This document shows positions 8,163 to 17,752 of a stretch of DNA of 64,000 nt, piece by piece. The notes beneath the pieces are model-generated. The model was not told the DNA's origin. It worked only from the letters and a program-made list of their open reading frames with translations, and made no database searches. The translations under genes were made by a program, and so were the position numbers. Source of the DNA: a phage. Numbering within the stretch: the stretch's first letter is position 1; each line of letters opens with the position of its first letter. The stretch lies in sequence record NC_101837.1, one strand, 5' to 3'.

Positions 8163-10474
8163 TCACCAAGGTAATTAAAAGCAACGGATGTGAAGTGGCA
8201 TTCGATCCAGAACGTTTAAATAAGGCAGCTATTTTCGGTGACGACGGTAACGGCAATTGGTCACATATTGCACTGGATGCCTACAAGCGGTTGTATGATG
8301 GATGTACAACCAAAGAAGTTAACCAAGCTATTATAGACTCTTGTGTTAGCCGTAAAGACGAAGCACATTCCCGTATGGCTGGTCGTGTTCTTATTGGTCA
8401 GATTTATAAAGAGGCTTTTGGAGGGTTTACAAAGATCCCTTCCTTACCATCATTTTACAATACCATGGTTGAGAAAGGGTATTGGGAGGATATGGGCTAT
8501 AGCTTTACCGAGCTAAACACTTTAGACGCTGTTATTGACCACAGTAAAGATCTCGGTTATGGCTATGCAGTCCTTAAACAGTTTCGCGACAAATACGGGA
8601 TCAAGGATACTCTTAAAGACACCCTGTTTGAATCTCCCCAGATGATGTTTATGGGGATAGCAATGGCTGTCATGAAGAATATGCCGAAAGAACGTCGTAT
8701 CAACGATGTTGTAAAATTATACACTTATCTGTCCGACTTAAAGATCAATGCCCCGACACCGTACTTAAACGGGCTGCGCACAGGTAAGACAGGGTATGCA
8801 TCTTGTTGTGTAATAAAAGCTGACGATACAGCAAAATCTATTGGTGTGGCACGTGAAGTTGCGTACACAATGACGGTTAACCAAGCAGGTATCGGCTACT
8901 ACTTATCCTCAAGATCTGCAGGCGATGGTGTTCGTGGTAACACTATTAAACATATGGGTAAGATTCCATATTATCGAGGTATTGATGCTGGTGTTAAGGA
9001 GAACAGACAACAATCACGTGGCGGTTCTGCAACAGTATCATTCCTTGCACTGGACCCGCAGATTGATGAGCTAATCCGTTTGAGAAACCCTATGACTGTT
9101 GCTTCAAAAAGAATCAACACCATGGACTACTCCATCGGTATTAATAGGTCGTTTATCAACCGTGTGGCTAAGAATTTAGATTGGATGCTTGTTTCTTATA
9201 AGCACGCTCCTCAACTGCATGAGGGTATCTTCACCATGTCTATGGAGGAGTTCGATGCAGAGGTTGAGCGTATTGCTAAAGATGACAGTATTCCTAAAAC
9301 ATGGATCCGAGCCAGAGATCTTGCTGTTGAACTGATCACGCAGCGTACTGAGGTGGGAAGGCTGTATGTATACTGGACAGATGAGATGAATAGACATACA
9401 CCTTTTAAAGATGTGATCTATTCAAGTAACCTGTGTGCAGAAATAGCCCTCCCGACAAAAGGCTATTCAGATATGCGTAATATCTTCAAGTACGATGCTG
9501 ATGATGGAGAGGTTGCATTGTGCTTCCTGTCATCTCTTGTAGCTGGAAGGGTTACTCCAGAGGAGTATGAGGATGTTGCATACTACACGGTGCTTATGAT
9601 TGACAATGTTATGGAAATCATGACATATCCGTATGAAAATATGGAAAGCACAGTTAAAAAACGCAGATCCATCGGGGTTGGCCTTACCAATGTTGCACAT
9701 TTTATTGCCAGCCACAAGGTTACTTACGGGTCTCCTGAAAGTAAACAGCTCGTTCACGATCTTGCAGAACTTCACAGCTACAGCTTGCATAAGGCAAGTT
9801 TACGGTTGGCAAAAGAGCGTGGTGTCTGCGAGTGGATGCATAAAACAAAATATCCAGAAGGTTGGTTACCAATCGACACCTATAACAAAGAGGTCGATAG
9901 CGTGGTGAAAGATCCTTCTCTTAAACAGGATTGGGAAGGGTTACGTAAAGAAATCATTGAGAATGGTGGGCTACGTAATAGCGTTCTTGAAGCATATATG
10001 CCTAATGAAAGCTCTTCGCTGGCAACAAACACCACTAACGGGGTTTATCCTGTCCGTGAGCACATTATCTTTAAAAAGTCGCCACAAGGGCAGGTGCTGT
10101 TTATCGTTCCTGACTATGATGAGTTGAAAGAGTATTACACCTCGGCTTGGGACGTTGATACTAACGACATGATCGATATGTATGCCGTGATTCAAAAATT
10201 CACAGGTCAGGCAATCAGCGCGGATTTATACATAGACTACACCAAGTTGAAAGATGGTAAAATTTCAATGAAGGAGCAGTTAGGGTACCTTATCCGTGCC
10301 ACTAAATTCGGGATGAAGACATGGTATTATTTAAACTCTAGGGTTGGTGCTGGTGACTCCTTGGCAGAGGAACTTCATGCCAAGAAACAGGCTGAAGATG
10401 AAACCAGAAAGAACTATCCTTTGATTGCAGATAGTTCAGTTGAAGATCCGTATTGCGAAAGCTGTGCACTATAA
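8159..10474 (+). CDS. nrdA: ribonucleotide reductase class I large subunit
   Basis: N-terminal ATP-cone, NLCAEIALPT active-site region, 771 aa; TTG start after GGAGGA. Confidence 0.9.
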   Translation: MITKVIKSNGCEVAFDPERLNKAAIFGDDGNGNWSHIALDAYKRLYDGCTTKEVNQAIIDSCVSRKDEAHSRMAGRVLIGQIYKEAFGGFTKIPSLPSFYNTMVEKGYWEDMGYSFTELNTLDAVIDHSKDLGYGYAVLKQFRDKYGIKDTLKDTLFESPQMMFMGIAMAVMKNMPKERRINDVVKLYTYLSDLKINAPTPYLNGLRTGKTGYASCCVIKADDTAKSIGVAREVAYTMTVNQAGIGYYLSSRSAGDGVRGNTIKHMGKIPYYRGIDAGVKENRQQSRGGSATVSFLALDPQIDELIRLRNPMTVASKRINTMDYSIGINRSFINRVAKNLDWMLVSYKHAPQLHEGIFTMSMEEFDAEVERIAKDDSIPKTWIRARDLAVELITQRTEVGRLYVYWTDEMNRHTPFKDVIYSSNLCAEIALPTKGYSDMRNIFKYDADDGEVALCFLSSLVAGRVTPEEYEDVAYYTVLMIDNVMEIMTYPYENMESTVKKRRSIGVGLTNVAHFIASHKVTYGSPESKQLVHDLAELHSYSLHKASLRLAKERGVCEWMHKTKYPEGWLPIDTYNKEVDSVVKDPSLKQDWEGLRKEIIENGGLRNSVLEAYMPNESSSLATNTTNGVYPVREHIIFKKSPQGQVLFIVPDYDELKEYYTSAWDVDTNDMIDMYAVIQKFTGQAISADLYIDYTKLKDGKISMKEQLGYLIRATKFGMKTWYYLNSRVGAGDSLAEELHAKKQAEDETRKNYPLIADSSVEDPYCESCAL

Positions 10475-10480
10475 TTTTAA

Positions 10481-10500
10481 AGGGGCTTCGGCCCCATTTT
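10481..10500 (+). terminator. possible intrinsic terminator / attenuator between nrdA and nrdB
   Basis: GGGGC-ttcg-GCCCC hairpin followed by ATTTTA. Confidence 0.4.
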
Positions 10501-10512
10501 AGAGGTAGAATA

Positions 10513-11601
10513 ATGGCTGTATTTAATGCTGAGAACACCGCTCATAAAACTGGTGACTATCCGCTGTTTCTGGGACAGCAAATGGGTATGTACGACTCTA
10601 TCAACAAAAAATATCCACAACTGTTTGAACTATACAAAAAACAAAAAGAGCAAGATTGGGCAGAGGATGAAGTGGATTTGTCGCAATCTATTTCAGATTT
10701 TGTAACATGCTCAAAGTCAACTTATGACGTGATGGTGCAGACCTTGATGTGGCAATGGGAGGCTGATAGCGTTGCGGCAAGATCGATCATCTGCCTCTTT
10801 TCACCATTCATCACTAATAGTGAGCTTTTCACTCTATTGATGAAACAGTCAGAGATTGAAGTTCTTCACGCACTAACTTACTCAGAGATTGTTAGACAAT
10901 GCCTCCCTAATGCCCGTGAGATTATAGAAGAGATTCAGGAAAACCAAAACGTTCTGAGCAGATCCGGAGTTATTGTCAAATACATGCAAGAGCTTGAGGT
11001 TATTGGTGCAAAATACCGACTGGATCCTTCTAGTGTTGAAGAAGATGTTGTGCGGAAATGCATTCTTAGAGCGCTTTTTGCACTTTTAGCTCTGGAAAGT
11101 ATTGAGTTTATTGCAAGTTTTGCATGCACTTTCGCAGTAGCTGAACAGGGTATCTTTGTTCAGGTGGCGCAGCTTGTTCAAAAAATCATGCTTGACGAAA
11201 TGCTACATTCGAAAGGTGATTTTGCCATCATTGATATCTTGCTTAATGATCCCGCATGGGAGAAAAGCTTCCTTGAGATAAAGGGGGAGTTAAAAGAGAT
11301 TCTTGATGAAGTACGAACCAAAGAGTACGGTTGGAGTGACTATATTTTCAGCGAAGGAAGAGCGATTATAGGTCTTAACTCACCGTTGCTTAAAGAGTGG
11401 GTTGACTATAACTGCTCACCGATTTATGATTACTACGACATCGACAAAGACTTTGTGCCGCCAACAAAGGACCCGCTACCGTTTATGCAGGTGTGGATGA
11501 AACCTTCATTGCAACAGACGGCGAACCAAGAAATGTCGAACACTGACTACCGCGTCAACACAACTGTTAACGACGCTGAAGAAGAAATTTGGGAGTTTTA
11601 A
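10513..11601 (+). CDS. nrdB: ribonucleotide reductase class I small subunit
   Basis: Di-iron/tyrosyl-radical type sequence with E..H motifs (ALTYSEIVRQ, DEMLHS); start at ATG 10513 rather than ORF-track 10453. Confidence 0.85.
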   Translation: MAVFNAENTAHKTGDYPLFLGQQMGMYDSINKKYPQLFELYKKQKEQDWAEDEVDLSQSISDFVTCSKSTYDVMVQTLMWQWEADSVAARSIICLFSPFITNSELFTLLMKQSEIEVLHALTYSEIVRQCLPNAREIIEEIQENQNVLSRSGVIVKYMQELEVIGAKYRLDPSSVEEDVVRKCILRALFALLALESIEFIASFACTFAVAEQGIFVQVAQLVQKIMLDEMLHSKGDFAIIDILLNDPAWEKSFLEIKGELKEILDEVRTKEYGWSDYIFSEGRAIIGLNSPLLKEWVDYNCSPIYDYYDIDKDFVPPTKDPLPFMQVWMKPSLQQTANQEMSNTDYRVNTTVNDAEEEIWEF

Positions 11602-11604
11602 TAT

Positions 11605-11883
11605 ATGAGCTGCGAAAAATCTTTTTTCATCATCATTTACGGTAAGGATAACTGCCCACATTGTGTCAGAGCAAAAGAATTTGCAATCAGCAAAGGTCTG
11701 CCTTTTGTATATAAGACACTTGGCGAGGGCTACACAAAAGAAGAGCTTATTGAGAAGTGTAGTCCAATCGTCCCCAGAACGTTGCCGCAGATCTTCTTAG
11801 AAAGCGATCTTGACAGTGTCCATATAGGCGGTGCAGACGATTTCATCTCTTTTGTTAAGAATGGTTTTGGAGAGAAAAAGTGA
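11605..11883 (+). CDS. glutaredoxin / NrdH-like redoxin
   Basis: CPHC active-site motif (YGKDNCPHCVRAKEF), 92 aa, between nrdB and nrdD. Confidence 0.7.
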   Translation: MSCEKSFFIIIYGKDNCPHCVRAKEFAISKGLPFVYKTLGEGYTKEELIEKCSPIVPRTLPQIFLESDLDSVHIGGADDFISFVKNGFGEKK

Positions 11884-12743
11884 AAGTTGTAAAACGGGAC
11901 GGTAGAGAAGAGTTTTATAACGGAATTAAGGTGATCAAGGCGGCAGAGTCCGCCTTACTTGAGTCTGGACATACTGAAGAAGAAGCTTACCGGATAGCTT
12001 GTGCAGTTAATGAAGTTGTTGCTAACAATCTACCAACCGACCAGTGCACGATCTCTGTAAAAAATATCCATATCCTTGTTGAAGATGCTCTTATGGATAT
12101 GGGTTTAAAATGTGCAGCCAGAGAATACATCCAGTATAGACAGACAAGAGATAATAACAGAGAGGCAGGTGGAAAACTGCTTGCAGATATTAGTGGCTTC
12201 TTGGATCGAACTTGTGATGAATTTACAAAAGAAAACGCAAATAAGCCTACTAATCATGTACACACTCATCGCGACCTGCTTGCAGGCATCCTTAGCAAAC
12301 ACCTTGCATCAACACAGATCCTGCCAGACCGTGTTTCAGAAGAGCACAATAAAGGCTTCATCCATGTGCATGATCTTGACTACTTGATCAGTCCGTTAAC
12401 AAACTGTTGTTTGGTAAATTATCCAGATATGTTGGAAAACGGATTCAACATTGGCAACGCCCATGTCAGTAAGCCGAAGTCAATAGGGGTTGCAACAACA
12501 ATCCTTAGTCAAATCTCTAGCGCGGTAGCTAGTGCTCAATATGGTGGTCAGACTATGAGCCATATTGATCATTATCTGGCACAGTATGCTGAAGCAACCT
12601 ATGAGAAGAACCTTAAATTTTGCCAGGAACATTGGTTGCCGGATGCTGAAACTGTTGCAATGCAAATGACAGATAAAGACGTGTTTGACAGCATGCAGAC
12701 GTTGCTTTATCAGATCAACACACTAACCTCGGTAAACGGTTAA
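11880..12743 (+). CDS. nrdD: anaerobic ribonucleotide reductase NrdD, exon 1 (3' boundary approximate)
   Basis: N-terminal ATP-cone (MKVVKRDGREEFYNGIKVIK); ORF terminates where structured non-coding RNA begins. Confidence 0.7.
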   Translation: MKVVKRDGREEFYNGIKVIKAAESALLESGHTEEEAYRIACAVNEVVANNLPTDQCTISVKNIHILVEDALMDMGLKCAAREYIQYRQTRDNNREAGGKLLADISGFLDRTCDEFTKENANKPTNHVHTHRDLLAGILSKHLASTQILPDRVSEEHNKGFIHVHDLDYLISPLTNCCLVNYPDMLENGFNIGNAHVSKPKSIGVATTILSQISSAVASAQYGGQTMSHIDHYLAQYAEATYEKNLKFCQEHWLPDAETVAMQMTDKDVFDSMQTLLYQINTLTSVNG

Positions 12744-13027
12744 CAAACTGGCCGTTTTAAAACTCTGCTAACCTCAGTATGAGGGGTCAGCTGATCGCTG
12801 GCTAACGGGGAACGCTAAGGCGAAAGCTATGCCAATCCCGTGACTAGCTTCACAAGGAGTGAGGCGGTTGTAACGACTAACCTTTTGGTGTAGGGATTAT
12901 GGAAGATTCCGAAACGCAGGGGTCTGATTAAGAATCACACGGTGTGATTTCAGGCAAGAGATAGTCTGGCCTTGTGGAAACATAAGGGTGGGGACCGCAA
13001 ACCCCTTTTATCACATTAAGTTTAGGT
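12744..13027 (+). other. putative group I self-splicing intron interrupting nrdD (boundaries approximate, no internal ORF)
   Basis: ~285 nt non-coding insert between two halves of one NrdD; contains GACTA...GCGG (R-like) and AAGATAGTC (S-like) elements typical of the group I core. Confidence 0.55.
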
Positions 13028-14260
13028 TTGGACACTTCGGTCTTTGGTAGAATGATTACCAAAAATTACTTGAAAGTCCACAAAATGGGTCTTGGTGAAG
13101 AACGTATCACACCTGTGTTCCCTAAAGTGCTGTTCTTCCTGGAAGAGGGTGTCAACATGAACCCTGGGGATCCTAACTATGATTTGAAACGATTAGCTCT
13201 GGAATGCTGTGCAGAACGTATCTATCCTGACTTCGTATCTGTACCACTAAATAGAAAAGTGACAGGCTCGACAGATGGCAAAGTAACTAGCATGGGTTGC
13301 AGGAGTTTTCTTAGCAAATACAATGACTTGGAAACAGGCGAGGAGAAATACCTTGGCAGATTTAACTTAGGCGTTGTTAGCCTTAACCTGCCAATGATTG
13401 CGGCAAAAGCTAAGACGGAAGGTGTTGATTTCTTTGCAGTTCTTGACGAATACTTGGATCTTGCATATGAGGCTCACCTTGTAAGGGTTAACCGTCTAAA
13501 AGGAACAAAGGCAGGGCAGAACCCCATCATGTGGTGTGAAGGCGCTCTTGCTCGCCTGGATCCTGAAGAGAGTATTGATAAACTCTTCTATGACGGGTAC
13601 GCTTCCATCAGTATTGGGTATATTGGTGTGTATGAAACCTGTCAGATTTTGGGCAGAGAGGGTGACAAGGCTTTAGCTCTTGGAATCCTTCAGCACATGA
13701 GAGATGCTTGTGAGCGATACAAGAAGGAAAGTAGACTAGCATTTAGCTTGTACGGCACTCCTTCTGAGAGTCTATGCTATAAAGCTGCAACCTGTCTGGA
13801 TCGTGAATATCCGGAAGTGTTGAAGCACGAGCATGAATATCTCACCAACAGTTTCCATCAGCCAGTGTGGATAAATAGCTCTCCTTTTGATAAGTGGGAG
13901 TATGAGGAAGGTTTTGCTATGATCTCCTCTGGTGGCAACATTGGATACGTAGAGACACCTAACCTGAAAAACAACCTGGATGCTTTAGAGGCTCTTGTTG
14001 ACTTCGGGTATAAACATATTATGTATTTTGGTATTAACCAACCTGTGGATAAATGTCTCAAGTGTGGTTTCTCTGGTGAGTTCAGTGCAACAGCTAAAGG
14101 GTTCTGCTGCCCTGCGTGCGGATGCCACGATGAACAATATATCTCAGTGATCCGAAGAGTGTCTGGATATCTTTCCAGTCCTAACTCCCGTCCTTACAAT
14201 AAAGGTAAGCAAGCGGAAGTTATCGAGCGAGTTAAGCACTACGGAAGTTGTGGTTGCTGA
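13028..14260 (+). CDS. nrdD: anaerobic ribonucleotide reductase NrdD, exon 2 (5' boundary approximate)
   Basis: C-terminal Zn site CLKCG...CCPACGC and glycine-radical motif RRVSGYL; frame open upstream of the first ATG back to ~12986. Confidence 0.8.
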   Translation: MDTSVFGRMITKNYLKVHKMGLGEERITPVFPKVLFFLEEGVNMNPGDPNYDLKRLALECCAERIYPDFVSVPLNRKVTGSTDGKVTSMGCRSFLSKYNDLETGEEKYLGRFNLGVVSLNLPMIAAKAKTEGVDFFAVLDEYLDLAYEAHLVRVNRLKGTKAGQNPIMWCEGALARLDPEESIDKLFYDGYASISIGYIGVYETCQILGREGDKALALGILQHMRDACERYKKESRLAFSLYGTPSESLCYKAATCLDREYPEVLKHEHEYLTNSFHQPVWINSSPFDKWEYEEGFAMISSGGNIGYVETPNLKNNLDALEALVDFGYKHIMYFGINQPVDKCLKCGFSGEFSATAKGFCCPACGCHDEQYISVIRRVSGYLSSPNSRPYNKGKQAEVIERVKHYGSCGC

Positions 14261-14297
14261 TACTTGACAAAAGCCACAAGGATGTGGCACTATACAG

Positions 14298-15290
14298 ATG
14301 TTTAGGGAAGTTAGGAAACAAGAAATGGCTAAATTATCAACAGAAGAGTTTATAGAGAAGGCGAAAATCATTCACGGTTATAAATACGATTACACGAAAA
14401 CAGTGTACGTGGATTGCTATGCGAAGGTTTGCATTACCTGCCAAATCCATGGGGATTTTATGCAAGCACCTTGTAAACACTTGCAAGGTCGTGGTTGTCC
14501 TTTTTGTGCAAAACTTTCTCGTGCTGCAAAGTGTAATAAAGGTCTTAAATTTGTAGAAAGGGCCAAAGAAATCCATGGAGATAAATATGACTACTCTCTC
14601 GTATACTACAAGACTTGCAAAGACAGGGTAGAAATAATCTGCAACACTTGTGGAAATCACTTTACACAGACACCTGATAACCATATAAATTTGAAAAGAG
14701 GTTGTCCAGTTTGCAAGGGGTCAAGAATCTCACAAAGTAAAACATCACCACACGAAAAGTGGGTTGAGTCCATAAGAAGTAGAAATCCTTATGTTGAGAT
14801 ATTGGAAGAAATTATTGGGTGGGATAAGAAAGTCCTGTGCTGCTGTAAAGGTTGTAGCCACACATGGTTAACCGTACCAAGCAGTCTTAAGCAGGGACAT
14901 GCTTGCCCTAGATGCGCTAAAACAGGATTTTTATCACACGATAACGGAAAACTCTACATTATGGTTGATGATCCAGAAGTACCTACATTTATGAAAATAG
15001 GGGTCAGTCATAATGAAAGTAAGCGAAGAGACCAGATACTTAAAAGTGCACAAAGATCTAGAGCTGGTATCCGCGATCTTCACATAGTGAAAACGTTGGA
15101 AGGATCAACTGAAAACATGCTGGCTGTAGAAAAATCTATGCACAAAGCCTTCAGTAAATATAAAATAAACTTCCCTGTAAAATTTGATGGTAGTACCGAA
15201 TTCTTTAACTACAGACCTGAAGTGTTCAGTATGGTAGAATCAGCGCACAGAGAGATTTGTTGTAAACATAGGACAGGTAATAACCTGTAG
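14298..15290 (+). CDS. free-standing homing-endonuclease-like protein (T5orf172 / GIY-YIG superfamily C-terminal domain, repeated Cys/His N-terminal modules)
   Basis: Repeated HG(Y/D)KYDY...GCP(F/V)C modules; C-terminal LYIMVDDPE...KIGVS...STEFFNY resembles T5orf172 domain. Confidence 0.45.
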   Translation: MFREVRKQEMAKLSTEEFIEKAKIIHGYKYDYTKTVYVDCYAKVCITCQIHGDFMQAPCKHLQGRGCPFCAKLSRAAKCNKGLKFVERAKEIHGDKYDYSLVYYKTCKDRVEIICNTCGNHFTQTPDNHINLKRGCPVCKGSRISQSKTSPHEKWVESIRSRNPYVEILEEIIGWDKKVLCCCKGCSHTWLTVPSSLKQGHACPRCAKTGFLSHDNGKLYIMVDDPEVPTFMKIGVSHNESKRRDQILKSAQRSRAGIRDLHIVKTLEGSTENMLAVEKSMHKAFSKYKINFPVKFDGSTEFFNYRPEVFSMVESAHREICCKHRTGNNL

Positions 15291-15338
15291 AGCCATATAT
15301 CAACCTTTAAACATGTTATAAACTAAAGGAGGTGCAGC

Positions 15339-15455
15339 ATGTCATCAGGCATTTATAAAATTTGCAAGTGTGGTTGTCGTTGCAATCTTCGTTGGTGCAA
15401 GGCACTGGACGATTTTATTTGGCATTGCCCTGAATGTGATACGGAGTATCTATGA
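15339..15455 (+). CDS. 38-aa Cys-rich zinc-ribbon micro-protein (not in ORF track)
   Basis: Strong RBS AAGGAGGT 7 nt upstream of ATG; CKCGCRC...CPEC; stop overlaps nrdG start (ATGA). Confidence 0.45.
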   Translation: MSSGIYKICKCGCRCNLRWCKALDDFIWHCPECDTEYL

Positions 15456-15925
15456 ACATTGTCGGATACACAGAAGTATCTTACACAGAAGGGCCAGGTA
15501 TTAGAACTGCCTTGTGGGTATCTGGGTGCCCACACGCTTGCCCTGGTTGCTTTAATCAGGCATTTTGGTCAAAAGATAAGGGGAGGGAGTTCACTGAAGA
15601 AGATTTGCAAAAAATCTTGTCAGATCTGGATAACCCGTCTGTGTGCGGTATCTCTCTGCTGGGTGGAGAACCCTTAGCATACTATAATGAGCCAGGTATT
15701 ATTAGCCTGATGGAGAAAATTAAGGAAAAATTTGGTGACAAGAAAACTATTCTTGTATATACTGGGTTCACATTTGACCATATCTCTAGTGATGTTCTTA
15801 AACTGGCTGATATCATCATTGACGGTAAGTATGTAAAAGATTTACCAACCAAGAAACCGTTCCGAGGCAGTGATAACCAAAGAATGTTTAAAAAAGTATC
15901 AGGCGGTTGGGTTCAGGTAGACTAG
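15452..15925 (+). CDS. nrdG: anaerobic RNR activating enzyme (radical SAM)
   Basis: CPHACPGC radical-SAM cysteine cluster near N-terminus, 157 aa, adjacent to nrdD. Confidence 0.85.
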   Translation: MNIVGYTEVSYTEGPGIRTALWVSGCPHACPGCFNQAFWSKDKGREFTEEDLQKILSDLDNPSVCGISLLGGEPLAYYNEPGIISLMEKIKEKFGDKKTILVYTGFTFDHISSDVLKLADIIIDGKYVKDLPTKKPFRGSDNQRMFKKVSGGWVQVD

Positions 15926-15928
15926 TTG

Positions 15929-15958
15929 TTGACAAAGCTTTGTTTAGATAGGTATAAT
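15929..15958 (+). promoter_or_regulatory. sigma70-like promoter
   Basis: TTGACA-18 nt-TATAAT. Confidence 0.55.
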
Positions 15959-15989
15959 TATCGTAAAATGAAAGCAGAGGAGGTGCCAA

Positions 15990-16103
15990 ATGGCTAAAAA
16001 AGCCTTGAAGAAGGCGTACAAGAAAGAGATTGCGCTTGAGCTTAAGAAAAAACACAAGCGTGAAAAGAAACATCATGAAGATGAAGAGGGGGTGCAACAG
16101 TGA
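15990..16103 (+). CDS. 37-aa lysine-rich micro-protein (not in ORF track)
   Basis: ATG after GAGGAGGTG RBS; MAKKALKKAYKKEIALELKKKHKREKKHHEDEEGVQQ. Confidence 0.4.
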   Translation: MAKKALKKAYKKEIALELKKKHKREKKHHEDEEGVQQ

Positions 16104-16450
16104 CACAAGAACGTATCGATTTGGCTAATAAGTTTGTAGACCTCATTTTGCCACGGTTAGTTACTCAACATGCAGATGCTATTTCTACTAATCTTGATGG
16201 CTTACGCCTAATGCTGAATCGCACAGATGACCCTCGTATTCGGGCTGATTTAGAAGCCTCTGCCAACAAACTGGAAAAGTTCTTGCAAGTAGACACGCAA
16301 GAAGCCTTGCACAAGATTATGGTGGAAGGTTTCTCTAAAGAATTTACCATTAAAGAGCTTAAGGAGCTGATCCACCAAGAAGAGATGAATATCCGAGTTC
16401 AGGCTGTTGCAAGCAGCATGGAAGCGGCTATTGAAAAACTGTTGCAGTAA
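16100..16450 (+). CDS. hypothetical protein
   Basis: 116 aa, GTG start 8 nt after GAGGGGG. Confidence 0.45.
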   Translation: MTQERIDLANKFVDLILPRLVTQHADAISTNLDGLRLMLNRTDDPRIRADLEASANKLEKFLQVDTQEALHKIMVEGFSKEFTIKELKELIHQEEMNIRVQAVASSMEAAIEKLLQ

Positions 16451-16488
16451 AAGTACTTGGCACATCTCAATCTGAAAGGAGTCCCAAC

Positions 16489-17277
16489 ATGGGTCGAGCT
16501 AAAGAAACAAAACGCATGCGTGATGAAGCTAGAGAGGCTCGCAAATCTGATCGCCTGCGTAAGGCTGCTGAGAAATTTGCTGACGAAAGAGAGCACACCG
16601 CTCCAGCTCTCCGACCAATGAATAAGAAGCAGCAAAAGTATCTTGATTATCTAGGGTCACGTAAGATTATTATTGTAAACGGCGTGTTTGGATCCGGTAA
16701 GACATTTATGGCATCTGCATATGCAGGTGATCTTCTGCGTAAGAACGAGATTGATAAGATCATTGTTGCACGTCCTTACGTCCAGACAGGAAAGACTTCA
16801 GGATTTAAACCCGGAAATGCAATGCAGAAACTGTGGCCCTATCTTCGAAGCATGATGGACACGATTTGTCGTCGTGTTGGCAAAGGTGCTTTTGCCGCAA
16901 TGCTGGGAGACGGTCAGAACAGTCGTATCGAGATTTGTGAAGTTGAAAGCATTCGTGGTCGTAGTTTCGATGAGCGATGCTTTGTCCTGATTGACGAGGC
17001 ACAGCAAACTAACCCTGAAGAAATGTTGTCAATTATCACAAGGATCTCTGATCAAGCCACCCTTGTAATTATGGGTGATAATAGCCAACGTGACATCCCT
17101 GGTAAATCTGGCCTTGCATGGGTGACGGATTTCTTTACTCGTCATCCAGATCCTGAGGTTGGAATGATCAGCTTTGATAGTCCAGACGATGTCGTTCGTT
17201 CCGGGTTGGGTCGTCAAATCGCACTCAATCTTATTGAGGATCGTGCAAATCATATTTGGACCCCTGTTTCCGAGTAA
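16489..17277 (+). CDS. phoH: PhoH-like ATPase
   Basis: Walker A GVFGSGKTFMA, Walker B-like VLIDEAQ, PhoH-like overall layout. Confidence 0.8.
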   Translation: MGRAKETKRMRDEAREARKSDRLRKAAEKFADEREHTAPALRPMNKKQQKYLDYLGSRKIIIVNGVFGSGKTFMASAYAGDLLRKNEIDKIIVARPYVQTGKTSGFKPGNAMQKLWPYLRSMMDTICRRVGKGAFAAMLGDGQNSRIEICEVESIRGRSFDERCFVLIDEAQQTNPEEMLSIITRISDQATLVIMGDNSQRDIPGKSGLAWVTDFFTRHPDPEVGMISFDSPDDVVRSGLGRQIALNLIEDRANHIWTPVSE

Positions 17278-17321
17278 TACAGAAGGGTGGTTATTCCACC
17301 CTTAAATATCTAAAACAGTTG

Positions 17322-17350
17322 TTGACAAACAGGTAAGCTTTAGATATTAT
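17322..17350 (+). promoter_or_regulatory. sigma70-like promoter
   Basis: TTGACA-17 nt-TATTAT, preceded by GGGTGG-ttatt-CCACCC hairpin. Confidence 0.55.
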
Positions 17351-17380
17351 TATCGGACAAGACAAGGAGAAGGAGATAGT

Positions 17381-17692
17381 ATGGCTACAATACAAGAGAG
17401 ACTGAATAAAATATACTGCCTGTTTGTCTATAACGGCGAGACAATTTTGGCAAATAAAGGATCCAAGAATGTGTGGATCAAGGACAGCGGTGGTAATATA
17501 ATCAACTTAGCGTTGCTACGTGAGCGCCGACACAGATTCTTTATCGAGTCTCGAATTATTGAAAGCAGCACTTGCTACAGAACAGGCGATAAAGTAATTG
17601 TTGACAATGATACGTGGTATGTGGTAGATTGGCAATCATTGAGTTGTGATGCTTCTGACAATCGTAAGTACTCCATAGTGATTGCTAAATAA
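17381..17692 (+). CDS. hypothetical protein
   Basis: 103 aa ORF with AAGGAGA RBS downstream of promoter. Confidence 0.45.
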   Translation: MATIQERLNKIYCLFVYNGETILANKGSKNVWIKDSGGNIINLALLRERRHRFFIESRIIESSTCYRTGDKVIVDNDTWYVVDWQSLSCDASDNRKYSIVIAK

Positions 17693-17752
17693 AGGTAAAT
17701 GTGAATCAGGTTTAAATAAATAGCTTTCAACTTCCAATATTAAGGATTTCTC

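Noticed and set aside
12744-13027. Stand-alone small RNA gene between two unrelated ORFs
   Set aside because: The flanking ORFs are the N- and C-terminal halves of a single NrdD, so an intron or split gene is the simpler explanation.
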